DNA of 64,000 nt, from the NCBI GenBank assembly GCA_965113315.1, contig OZ220372.1, one strand, 5' to 3'. The position numbers and the translations under genes were made by a program. Below the pieces are notes generated by a model. It did no database searches. It had not been told where the DNA came from and was given only the letters and a program-made list of their open reading frames with translations. This document shows, in pieces, positions 51,850 through 63,748 of this stretch. Position 1 is the first letter of the stretch. Each line of letters starts with the position of its first letter. The stretch comes from Podarcis vaucheri (taxonomy: Eukaryota).

Positions 51850-51990
51850 CATAGGATTATAGAATTGGAAGGAACAGGCCAGAATCATGTAGTCCAACCC
51901 CCTTCAGTGCAGAAATATTTTGCCCAATTTGGGGGTCGAACCCACGACCCTGATATTAAGAGTCCCATGCTCCACCAGTTGACCTATACC
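51850..51990 (-). mobile_element. tRNA-derived SINE with CR1-type tail in ALX1 intron 1
   Basis: Similar to the 10541 family; minus-strand B box GGGTTCGACCC. Confidence 0.7.
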
Positions 51991-54564
51991 ACTTGGTGTT
52001 AAAACCAAGGGACACGTCGAGTAAAAAGGAAAATCTCGTGTCTACTCGGGAGTAAATCTGGTGGACTTCAATGGGGCTTACTCGTCGGTAAGTGTGCCCG
52101 CTTAGTAGCTTCCGCGGGTCATGTCAGTGGCAATTATACTTCCGCCCCTTATTTATAGATGCCATTCATACTTCCGGCTCTTGATGAATTCACTTGCCTC
52201 TGGGCATCCTCTGTAGGCTTTCCTACACCTTCCTGATCCTCCAGGCAATCGTGACTTGCAAATAAACCCCACAGATTTCCATTAACATTGGTTGGAATGG
52301 GGCTCGTAAAATGTTCCATGGGGAGGGGGGAGAAGACTGCGCTGCGCGTGGTACATTAGGTAGCAAAATCTATAAAAACTGTCGCAAAAGGCACAACAAC
52401 AAAAACCTGCTTTCAAACACCCAGTTTTTCATCTCGGAATGCAGCGCGACGTTCTCTTCCTTCTTAACCTGCTCGCTGCCGTGTGTGCTTTCAAGCCGAC
52501 AAACCAATGCGATGTGAAATGTTTATTGCAACCTCGTTGAGTTTAACGAGCTTGGAGATCTTTCCCATTATATATAGCGTATGTTAAAGCAAGGCGATTA
52601 AAAAAGGAAATTAAGCCAAACGATAAAAGAAGCCCGTCTGAAACTTTTTTTATGTCTTGTAAAGTGGGATGGATTTTCTTGCCAGCAAATGTTCCCCGGG
52701 CCAAAGATTTCACAGCAGAATTTTGATTCTGTTTGCTTTAACGTTAGACTCAACATTTGCCTGCCCTTTGCCGTGACTGTGAAATCTAAAAACGATCAGC
52801 TCTGTTTATAGTTCAATATTTGGAACAGTAATGAAGAATATAAAAATGAGGGAAGTAATTCCATGCGTCAATCTGCCTAAAAATGTCTAAATAGTAACAA
52901 ACGACACATTTATTATTCTGCTGCAAGAGGTCTGTAAATACGATTCTTATTCTGAAATGATTGGAATGCTGCTTTGAACATTTTGGAATAGTAAACCTAA
53001 AATAAAAAAGAGAATCACTACTTCAGTAGGAAGCACAAGCACAGCACAAACCTATGTGGCAGAATATTCTTCTAGGTAAGTTTTTAGATCACAGTCTTAA
53101 GAATCAGGTTTTTTTGACATCAAAATGCAACATTTTCCTTGGTGCTTATAATAATGGAATCTGTTTTTTTTAAAAAAATAAAAATAAAAAATACTCCCAT
53201 TTTAATATTGTTTGACAGCAAGTTCACACAACTTCCAAAGGCAATTATTTTAAGTGTGTAGGACAAAAGTGGGAGAAAAGACCCACTAGATCCTTAGGTA
53301 CAGAAAAAGTGAAATAGTCCCTGGGGAATCTAACATTGCATGTTTGTGATAGGTTTGCCATGATTTGTATAGGTTTGGTTCTTATTTCAATTTGGGTCAA
53401 TGCTGGAGGACAGTTCTGGAGCATTTAACAGAAAGTAATACTACTGGTAGGGTGTAAATAGTTGCCGGTTAGCTTCCTTAAATTGGGTACCTTAGAGTTA
53501 TTTTTAAGAACTTATTGCTGAGAAGACTTGACCTACTGTGAACTCCTGTTCTGTTTTATAGCCCCAAACTACATTTACTCAGAAGTAGATCCCTATTAAA
53601 GTCAATAGGAAATGTGTTTGCAGCCTTACTGGGTGCTGGCTTCACTGATTTCAAAGGTGCTTACTTCTAAGTAAGTGGGCTGTTATGGGTCGCAGTCTGT
53701 GTCTGGTTAAAATTACAGAAAATGAACAGGAGGGTGTAAAGAAATTACAGAGAGTGGCAGAGAGCGTTAAAACAATCTTGAAAGGGCAGCTTGGGTGCCA
53801 TCCTTTGTAATGTTTTACTGCCCTGAAGGACTGGAATTTCTCTGCTCCCCACCTGTCAAAAGAAAGCGGGGGGGGGAGTTGAATATCATTCAAATCTTGT
53901 AACAGGCTGCATCAGTTATCTCAGAAATATTTAGCAAAAAAAAAGGCTGGGAATTAGTTCAGAAGCTAAAGAAGGAAAATACTTTAATCCTTATCTTGGG
54001 CAGCAAGTGTTTTTTCAAAGATAAATGGTTCTTGTAGGACGAGTGCAAAAATATAGGAAATAATCTCTTTGACTGAGTTATGAATTTGAAGAGAACCCCC
54101 ACCACTTTGTAAAAATACTCCTTAATTAAAAGCAAAGCCGCTATACAAAACCAAGAGCATTAAAAAAAAAAAGTGGGGCGTTTTTATTTCTTTTCACGCC
54201 CTTCATTATTCTTGATTCACAAGTGCGCTTCTTTTCCACATACCTTTCTTACACACTTCCCTCCCTTAACAATTTAAAGCTACTATACTGGCTTAAGAAA
54301 TGAAATAGTTTGGAAATTCATCCAAAGCAAAGCGCTTTACAGAAAGTTTCATTGCCATATTCTCTCAGGTCTCTGCATATTTAATCAGATGGAATTCTCT
54401 TACTCCCAGGTAAGCATGCAAAGAGCCATTGCTGAAGTACTTGAGTGTGAAAGCTGAAATAGGAATGAACCTAAGCACACTTCTAAGAACAGATGCATAG
54501 GACTGCAATGTGCCTTTGCAAGTCTATTTTGATCTGATGTTTAATACTACTACTGATGATGATG

Positions 54565-54565
<1 letters not shown>

Positions 54566-54600
<35 letters not shown>

Positions 54601-54905
54601 TATATGCTGCCCTAGCCACTCTGGGTGGCTTCCAACAAATTGAAACATTAAGCACAGTAAAACACCAAACATTAGAAACTTCCTTATACCGGGCTGCCTT
54701 CAGATGTTTTCTAAACGTTAGATAGTTATTTATTTCCTTGACTTCTGATGGGAGGGCGTTCCACAGTGCAGGCATGACTACTGAGAAGGCCCTCTGCCTG
54801 GTTCCCTGTAACTTGGCTTCTCACAGTGAGGGAACCACCAGAAGGCCCTCAGAGGTGGATGTCAGTGTCCAGGCTGAATGATGGGGGCGGAGGTGCTCCT
54901 TCAGG
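54566..54905 (-). mobile_element. L2-clade LINE 3' end with (TTA)n tail
   Basis: Minus-strand ORF PALWNALPSEVKEINNYLTFRKHLK is typical of the L2/CR1 RT C-terminus; (AAT)n at 54566-54599. Confidence 0.85.
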
Positions 54906-55092
54906 TTTACAGTGTCTATTACTGTATTTGGTTTGCTTGCACCGCAAAATGCATAGCTGTGATCCTAAATATAGGCGTCTCAAAGCAAATTCTCTTTGAA
55001 TCTCCATGGGACTGACTTCCAGGTAAACGTGGTACCCGGCACTTTGCGAGAATGTATTCCAATAGCATGACTTAGACAGCAACCCTATAGAT

Positions 55093-55207
55093 CAGGGCTA
55101 GCCAACGCAGTGGACTACAGTTGCCACCACCCCTGCCCATTCCCCAAGCTGGCTGGCGGTGATGGGAGTTGTAGTCCAACAAGATCTGGAGGGCACCACA
55201 CTTGGTG
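55093..55207. mobile_element. hAT MITE relic
   Basis: cagggctagccaac..ggactaca / gatgggagttgtagtccaacaagatctggagggcacca, same family as 39314. Confidence 0.65.
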
Positions 55208-55440
55208 GGCACTTTCCCTGGGAGTAAGTCACATTGAACTCCAGTAGGCATGCTGAGGGACAAGAAAGGCACGGCTAAAGGCAGTTGTTAATATAAGCAG
55301 TCTGTGATTCTGGCATGGACTCTTCCTCTTCAGCTGTAGCCATTTCAATAATAATTCCATCCCTACTCCCTCGCAAAATGCTTCCCAATTTAAAAACGAA
55401 AGGAACCCCAAACCAAGCTTGTTTCCCCTTTGCTGTACAG

Positions 55441-55745
55441 TGAACTATGGAATTACCAAAGTGGAAGGTCAGCCACTTCACACCGAGCTGGGGAGACCTC
55501 TGGACAACTGCAACAGCCTCCGCATGTCCCCGGCCAAAGGGATGCAGGAGAAAGGCGAGATGGATGAACTGGGAGATAAGTGCGACAGCAACGTTTCCAG
55601 CAGCAAGAAGAGGAGGCACCGGACCACATTTACCAGTTTGCAGCTGGAAGAGCTGGAGAAAGTGTTCCAGAAGACACACTACCCCGATGTTTATGTACGG
55701 GAGCAGCTGGCTCTGAGAACAGAACTCACCGAGGCCAGAGTTCAG
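55441..55745 (+). CDS. ALX1: ALX1 exon 2: (V)[16 protein letters not shown]...[50 protein letters not shown], including homeodomain residues 1-46 (55608-55745)
   Basis: Acceptor tttcccctttgctgtacag|, donor CAG|gtagga. 305 nt, in frame with exon 1 (528 nt in total). Intron between homeodomain codons 46 and 47, as is typical of the paired class. Confidence 0.98.
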
Positions 55746-55989
55746 GTAGGAGCTGCGGTTCCATCCAAAAACAAAGCCGCTCATTCTGGAGGCTAAAAAA
55801 GCTCATTAGGCTGAGCAAGAGCCTTGTCTGAATTATCCCTCAGACAGAGGAGGATGTTGTGTTTCGATCTGAGGCTGGGCCAGCTGACTGCGCGTCTATT
55901 TTGGTAGCTTTGCTACTCAACCAGTAAGGCATGTCAGCAGTCGTAATACTGAACAGATTTTTTCAAGGGCTTCACATCATTTCAAGTCC

Positions 55990-56465
55990 CACACAGCTTT
56001 AGGTACCTGACTGGATGCCTCCTCTTCCTATAGGTGCCTATCTGGGTCTTAAGATCTTCCAAAGTGGCTTTTATCCTCTGAGTATGGTCTCCTTTTGAGG
56101 CATGAAATAGACGGAGAGGAGCCTTCTCAGTGGTGGCTCCCCATTTCTGTGGAATGCTCTCCACAAAGAGGCTAACCTTGCAGCAATATTAATGTCATTG
56201 TGGTATGAGATGAAGGTTTTCATATTCTCCTAGGCCTATTTAAAACAAGTAGGTTTTTTTTATCTCATTTCAGCAATCTTATAGAATATTATATGTCAGT
56301 TCCTCTTCTGGTATTGGGGAAAGAGGGTTAGCAGTTCAGTGCATTGCCATCTGTTGAGTAATAGCCATTGTTTATTGAGTAATATTTGTAACTGTTACCT
56401 CGGCTTGTTTTTAATATTTTGTTGTGTGTCACCTAGAGGCCGAGGTATTAGGTGACATAAATTTG
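55990..56465 (+). mobile_element. Degraded L2-clade LINE 3' fragment
   Basis: gccttctcagtggtggctcccc..tgtggaatgctctcc encodes a degenerate AFSVVAP.LWNALP motif. Confidence 0.6.
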
Positions 56466-58182
56466 ATAAGTCATAGTCATCAGCACTAGCAGCTGTTGTT
56501 TCAGCAACTCTCACAACAGTCCTGTAAGGTGTACCAGGGTCAACGGGCTGAGACTAAAGCACAATGGCTTGCTTAGGGACATCTACCAAATTTGTGGGTT
56601 TTGAGCTGAGCCAGACTATTTCACACATTCAGGGCTTTATTTTTGCATGATGCCGAAAGCGCCTTTGTGCCTTTGCTGCACTATTTGCATTCTGGATGTG
56701 GGTGATGTTAATGAGGAAAAGAGACCGGAAGAGAGGAACACATAGTTCATGCAATACATTAACATTACGGGCTCTGGAAATGCAAAAGCCAATGTAAGCA
56801 CACATGACAAGGATTTGCATCTGCAGAATGGTTATACAGTGTTGCACAATAACTATCCACAGTCTCTAAAAGGTTATAATTACAATTTCTACGTCTCTGA
56901 ACCATTCTAGTCAGTGAGCTGAGACTGTTTGCCGTGTGGCATTATCAATATTTTACTGCTAATTTACTACTTCTTCTTTGGCGACCACTCGTAGCCGAGT
57001 AAGATTGTCTTCTATAAACATGGTTTTAACAATGAGTCCGTAAGTGACTGTGGAAGCCAATTCTGGATCCACACGTCCTTCCACAGTGGGGACATTGGTT
57101 TCTGGGTGGGAGTTGATTATGGCGAGGGTCTGCCAAACGTGCCTCCCACTTAGCATGTTTCTCCCTTTCATCATATCAGTATCAATGAGGTGTTTAAAAA
57201 AGGATGGAATCTTGTATCCTATGGTCTATTGCATTAACCTGATTGGCTTCTGTGCTTTGTTGTTGATCCCCCATGGTTAATGAACAATGCCATGCTAATT
57301 GTTGGCTTAAATATCCTTGTACATCTTTGAATGTGAACATTGGTGACTAATTAGTGCTGTTTAATACATTACACCCCCTCATTTTAAGCTCCACACATCT
57401 AAGCTATTTAAACTGTACACTTAAAAATGCAAATTATGAGCCATGTACATGCAACCATCCACACAGCTAGGACTGGCAGCCTGTGACCTATGAAGCATAT
57501 ACTCAGTGGTCAAACCATTATGTAATGGATGAAAAGGCTTCACATTAGTTATAGCTATGCTCTTCAGTGTACGTTCTTGGAAGCAAATCCCATAGAAGTC
57601 AGCGGAGGCATGTTCAGAAGCTTGAAAACATAATACACACTGATGCTTAAAGGAGAAATGGGTGCGTAGTTGAGCATGGCTACATCACTGGGGTCATAAA
57701 CACAAAACAGTTCAATGTAGAAGTTTTTTTTAAAAAATACATGCCGTCCAATAATCTCTTGCACCTACTGTGAGTGTATTGGTGGAGACAAGATGGGAGA
57801 ACATTCTTTGAATCAAAGAATGAGAAGTCAATTAAGAAACTGAAAATTCAGAGACCAAAATTTGTTCTGCAGTACATTCATTGATTCCAGTGGAACTTGC
57901 TAAACATGCATGTTTTGGCTAACTTTTTTAACTTAAAAAGAAAAGTATTGGTTTCCTACCCCCCCTCACCCCCCAAAAAAAAGATTAATCCATGGGAGTT
58001 TTTAGAAATAACTGCTGTCTATTTAAAGCAGTCTTCCTTGAACTGGCATCTTCTATATGTTTTGGATTCCAACCCTCAAATATCATTTCTAAAAAGTTGG
58101 AGTCCATAGCATCTAACAGACACTGTGTTGGGGAAGGTCATTTTAAAAGTATTTGCATCTAGAAAAACATCCTAAATACCAT

Positions 58183-58512
58183 AGCTAAGACCACAAAGAG
58201 TCTTGTGGCACATTAAAGACTAACAGATTTATTATGGTGTAAGCTTTCGTGGACTATAGGTCATGTCACTTCATCCGATGTATGGAGTGTTATCCTGAGT
58301 TCAGGTATGTATAAATACCATGGGGTTTTGTATGTGGGGGTGTTAGCCATGAGGTCAGAGGGAAATTGAATGCAGAAAAGTACAGACAGTGATAAATACC
58401 TAATTAGCAATAGTAATTCACAAAACAATTGTTGATGACACTGAGATCCTGACATTGGTCAGCCAACTAACATGCATAATGTGCTAAAATCCTTTGTCTC
58501 AGTTCAGTCCTC
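58183..58512. mobile_element. Penelope-like element fragment
   Basis: aagagtcttgtggcacattaaagactaacagatttattatggtgtaagctttcgtggacta resembles the recalled reptile Penelope terminus. Reverse-oriented short relic at about 47680-47740. Confidence 0.55.
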
Positions 58513-58915
58513 AATCCCGAGGACTGTGTGGGTGTAAAAGATGCATGCAAAAACACGAAGGACGGAAATCTGGATTATGTCTTTTTACTGTTGCATATGT
58601 ATGTATGTGGGTCTTTCTTTTCATTTTTTGATGGGGGAAGCACCACCCTTCCTCTAGGCTTTGGCTGTCTGGATCACTGCCTAGTACCTATTGGCCTGGG
58701 TCCAAAGAACTGCTTAGACTCAGGAAAGGGATTTGCTTGTTTCCCAGTGGAATTTTTGGCTTTTCTGTCAAACAGCTGACTCCCCCATGGCCATATCGCA
58801 AGCCACTCTTGAAACTTTTCTTAGTTTGCCATGTGCCAGGGAGAATACAGCAAGTTTGAGGCTGCAGTCCTATACTAATGTACCTGGGAATAAGCCCCTT
58901 TGAATTCATGGGCAA

Positions 58916-59105
58916 GGGCTGTAGTTCGGAGATGGAGCATCTACCTTTGACCTAGAAGGTCCCAGTTTCAATCCCTGCTGTCTCCAGGAAGGGCAAGGAA
59001 AAGCTCCTGCTTGAAATCTTGTTGAGCAGCTGCCAGTCAGAGCAAGCAGTGCTGAGCCAGATGGACGAATGGTCTCTGACTTGGCATAAGGCCACTCTCA
59101 ATGTA
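58916..59105 (+). mobile_element. tRNA-derived SINE (Squam3-like)
   Basis: Head gggctgtagttc..ggtcccagtttcaatccctg; tail gctgccagtcag..gctgagccagatggac..ggcataaggc. Confidence 0.65.
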
Positions 59106-59673
59106 CCTTTCAGGCATGGCGAGCTCTCACATTGCTGTTAACAGGGGCAAGGAGTAGGGGTTGTGCTGAGCAGTCTCACCCGCAACACCGTGCTGTTCAG
59201 CCTGCCCTTCCTCTGATGTCTACACTAACAGCACCAACATCTGCAGAGAGGGTGCCATGGAACCGGAATGCTTCCAGATTCCATTGAAAGCTTTGGGTGC
59301 ACAGCTATGCACAAAACTCTCTTCACTGCAGACCTTTGTAAAGTAAGTGCCACCCAGTGGTGTAGCATGGGTTGCCAGCACCCAGAGCAAGTATTGTGTC
59401 CTCTAAAGCAAGCATTGCACTCCCTACCCAGCACCTTCATGCAGAGCTGCTGCTGGACGGAGCTGTGGAGCAGTGGTGGGACACGTGTGTGCACCTGCTC
59501 AGGCTGGGGCACCGCCCCTGCCATGAATCTCGCCAGCCATCCTCTCCCAGCTCCTGCCTGGCATGCGGCTCAGGTGGGATGGCGAGCGCCTCTGGTCAGG
59601 GCAGCAGCTGTAGAAGCACACCCCTAAAACTTTTTGCACCTGTGTTTAGCAACAAGGGTTAGGGATGTGTTTA

Positions 59674-60018
59674 GGGACGTGGGTGGCACTGTGGGTTAAA
59701 CCACAGAGCCTAGGACTTGCTGATCAGAAGGTCGGCGGTTCGAATCCCCGCGACGGGGTGAGCTCCCGTTGCTCGGTCCCTGCTCCTGCTAACCTAGCAG
59801 TTCGAAAGCACATCAAAGTGCAAGTAGATAAATAGGTACCGCTCCGCCGGTAAATGTGGTCCGGCTGCTCTGGTTTGCCAGAAGCCACTTAGTCATGCTG
59901 GCCACATGACCTCGGAAGCTGTACGCCGGCTCCCTTGGCCAATAAAACAAGATGAGCACCACAACCCCAAAGTCGGTCATGACTGGACCTAATGGTCAGG
60001 GGTCCCTTTACCTTTACC
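59674..60018 (+). mobile_element. Near full-length Sauria SINE in ALX1 intron 2
   Basis: Same head and body as 28896, ccctttacctttacc tail, TSD TTAGCAACA. Confidence 0.93.
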
Positions 60019-61817
60019 TTAGCAACATGGAGGCAACCAGTGTCTAAAGGGAGCTTCCAGGTTGGCATGGGTAGAATTGCACTGTAAAGCTTTCACAACC
60101 AGCCTCTCAGTTCTTTGGATCCTGCCCATTGAGCCGAATCAAGTCCCATTGAACACCACAAGATAAAAATGGGAAAACAGTTTGCACATGCAGAAAATGC
60201 TGCAGATTGTGATAATTTGCAAACCAAATGAACCGTCAAATTCAGTGAAATGCTTTTTCATTAGGAGGCGATAGATTTTTACAGTCTCCTCAATGGATCC
60301 CTGCCTTTAGGAAGTTTTGTACAGTGCTAAATCGGGAGAACAGCTACAGAGGCTGGATTTTTTTTTTAAAAAAAAATCTGAACAGAATAACTGACAATGT
60401 GAGGTTTACTCTTCAGACTGAATACAATTTTGTAATTTGAAAAGGCCTTGCTAAGAAATAAAGGAGACAGATATTGAAGCATGAGGAACTGAACAAAGGT
60501 GTCTGTTTCTGAACTTTCCAGGGCACTGGCACTTATATAAAGTTAGTATGACAAGATATGCTCCTTCACTAGCAGATCTGCACACAACAAAACAAACAAA
60601 CAAAAGATATTCTTAGAATTCTAAAATGACATCCCTCCAATTGCATTCCTTCCCCTTAAATCCAGAATGTTCAGCAACTCTTTAGACTCTGGATTCTCTT
60701 TGAAAGTCTTGGTGCCAAAAAATAAACAAATTGGAGGTTATTTTTAAGTGTGCTTCTGAGAGTAAGTTCACAGAATCCAGATATCATGCTTTCAGATTAC
60801 CCCCCCCTTCATTTGTACCTTGATGTTGACATAACTGCAATTTCTGCCCATGCTCAACATCATTTTACACTCTTTGAGTAGAGTCAAGAGATCTGGCCAT
60901 ATGGGATGGAGCTTGGCTCAGTTTTATCTCCTGGGTTGCAATAAGTTTGGGCTCTCTCATGCCACATTGTTGTCCAAGATGGGTAAAGGTGCCAGAATCA
61001 GATCTGTCTAGTTTTGTGTGGAGCACAATAAAGAGAGCGTGGATTTACAGTCTGTATATATTATGTGCTCTCCTTGGAACAAAATTGCTGGTTTCAGTTT
61101 CCCCCCTTGAGAATGTTTATTTTATGCTTTGTGTACACAGAGATTTCCGTGCTTATTGAACTAAATGCCCTGGATTTTTGCATTTCTGATCAGCCTACTG
61201 AAAAAGGCCAATGCAAGAAACTGGGGATCTTTCTTCCTCCGAGTCTTCCATCACAATATTAAGCAATTTTCAAAGGCCTGACATCATTAGAGACCCGCAT
61301 CTGGCTAAGCAGGGATAACAAGCAGCAGATTGTTGCCTTGTTTTGTATAGGCAAATGGTTACTTTATCTTTGCCAAGAGCCGGCTTTGAGTAAATCGATG
61401 TAAACAGAAACATTTTGGGGGAGTGTCAGCATTAAAAAATGTGGGTTTCTTCCCCGTCAGTTCCTTTAAATTCAAGCAAATTGTTTTATTTAGTTTAGCC
61501 AAATGACTGGCTGGATATGCTCCGTACGTCTCCCTTCCGCGGCATTTCATCAAGATCCAATTTAAGTTTCGTCCTGCATCCATGCCGAGAGAGTCAGCCT
61601 GAACCTAATTTATCGGAGTTGTTCTCTTTCCTGCCGCATGTCAGTGGATTAATTGGCACCCAGCTTAAGGAGATTGTCAAGGACTTTTTCAATGAAAGGG
61701 CCTCATTACTAAATTCCCATAATATGTTCTCTCTGCCTCCTGCGGAGACAGCAAGGGGGGAGGGAATGGTTTCTTGTAGCCTTCGGCACAATAGATAATA
61801 CAAATTTGCCCACAAGA

Positions 61818-61906
61818 GGTGCAATCCTGCAATTGGTTAAGGACTGGAACAGCCCCATTGACTTCAGTGGAATTTCTGCACGAATCGCTAAGGGCAGGAT
61901 TGCACC
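61818..61906. mobile_element. Best-preserved copy of the ~90-bp palindromic MITE-like family
   Basis: Perfect 13-bp TIR GGTGCAATCCTGC / GCAGGATTGCACC; central CCATTGACTTCAGTGG. Confidence 0.75.
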
Positions 61907-62603
61907 AGCAGCCTAGGTTCATAAAAAGAAAAGAAATGCTTAACAGGTTTGAGCCGGGGTTGTGCTTTGATTGTTTGGGGGGGGGGATTTTTCAAAACTG
62001 ACGCATTAAATTCGCAACGGGTCTATGGAAATTAAAAGGCCGTCCCTGCTGCTTTGGGCAATATTAGGAAGGGGCGGGTACATGTGTGTTTGGGTATCCT
62101 GAAGGGCTAAAAGCAATAAATCACCACCACAAGTGATTAACACTGAAATCAGTTTCAGAAACATTTCTGTTTAAAGTTCCTGCTCCGATATTAGATTTGA
62201 AATGCATTAAGGGCTTTAGTTCTTTCCTCGTTTGCTGATCTTTAAACATGAGCCAGGGGGAACAGCACTATTTTTGAGCTCAGTTTAACGCTGTATAATT
62301 TGACCAGAAATGTTGTGGCACAGAGGAGAACAACCTCCCTGCCATTTGACACCACAATGCTATTTTGATATTTGTTTCAAGTTGCGTTTTGTTGTTGTTG
62401 AAAGAAACAGGATCCATTTATTTATTCAGAGGCTTTGAAATAGGGTGAGTAAAAGGAGGGAGTAGCTTTGGCAACAAATGCTATGGTAATAACTCACATG
62501 AACAATCTTTTGGCAATGATTTATATAAATATGTGACTGGTGATACGATTTAAAGTTTCAAACACATTTGTTGCACTGTAATGACTTTCTCTGGGTGCAG
62601 GAG

Positions 62604-62604
<1 letters not shown>

Positions 62605-62642
<38 letters not shown>
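62605..62642. repeat. (TG)n microsatellite
   Basis: Direct reading. Confidence 0.95.
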
Positions 62643-62643
<1 letters not shown>

Positions 62644-63146
62644 AGCTCCTCTGATCACAAATGCTTCCCCTTTCACTTCAATGGAGTGTAAGTAGTCTTT
62701 GATATGTGTGGAGCTTCCTCTCTCCAAAAGTGAACAAGGGCAAAGCACAAGCACAGGAGCTCCACATCATTACTGTGGACTATTGTAACATATTAGGCAT
62801 GGTGCTGCCTTGGAAACTTGTCATTCCTTTTAAGAAAGCACTCCACTCTTCTGTTTTTCATTTTCAGTGGTCCCTGTGCTCAGCATGCTTAGTCCTCCCT
62901 TTTAGGTTGCCCCACTCAATCTTTTTTAAAGACTCAGAGCACTGCAAAGTGCCTTGCTGATGAGACTCTAGAGTTCCACCACCTTAATTCCCCATACACA
63001 TATTTACATCGAAATTAGCATATGCAGATATTATGCCATGGACCTGTGCACCAAGTTCTTTAAGTACCTAGGGACTTCCCTGATCCTGGTGGCACTTACT
63101 AGCTGAGTTCACTATTTGATGGAGCGAAAGCATCCTTTGTATGCAT

Positions 63147-63287
63147 CAGAAGTGGGGAACCTGTGGCCCATTGCTGAACTCCAACACCCATGATCCTTGA
63201 CTGTTGTCCATGCTGGCTGGAGCTGGAGTCCAACAACATCTGGGTTCCTAATCCAACAACATTGCAGGTTCCTAATTCCTCCCCTAC
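63147..63287. mobile_element. hAT MITE relic
   Basis: gtggggaacctgtggccc..gaactccaac..ggagtccaacaacatctgg, related to the 1454 and 39314 elements. Confidence 0.55.
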
Positions 63288-63748
63288 TTTATGAGATATG
63301 AGGGGCAGGAGCTTTCCCATCATTTATCATTATGGTAGCAAAATTAAGGTTGTGTCTAATTTTTTAAGAGAGACCCTAAGTTGATAGGCCTTGCCATTCA
63401 AATGGTGTTTGTGTGCACAGTGTCTTGTGATTGAATGTGGGGTGGGGCTTACCTTGCCCCCCCTTATTTTATTCAGGTTGACACCCTTGCAGTAATTGGC
63501 ACCAATTAACTGATCTCTTATTCTGTCTGGTAGCAGATTCTAAGTGTTTCTCAGCGTCAATATTGTATAATTGACTCGGGCCATCTCCACCATTAGGCAG
63601 TGTGAGGCAGCAGGTGCTAGGGGGCAGGTTGTGGAGGTTAGACGCTGGAGGACAGAGCTGTGTGTGCCATACGGCCAAAACAGCACCTCCTTAGCCAGCT
63701 TGCTGTCCTCAGTTGTGGCAGAGGGACATGGTACTGTCACTCGTAATA

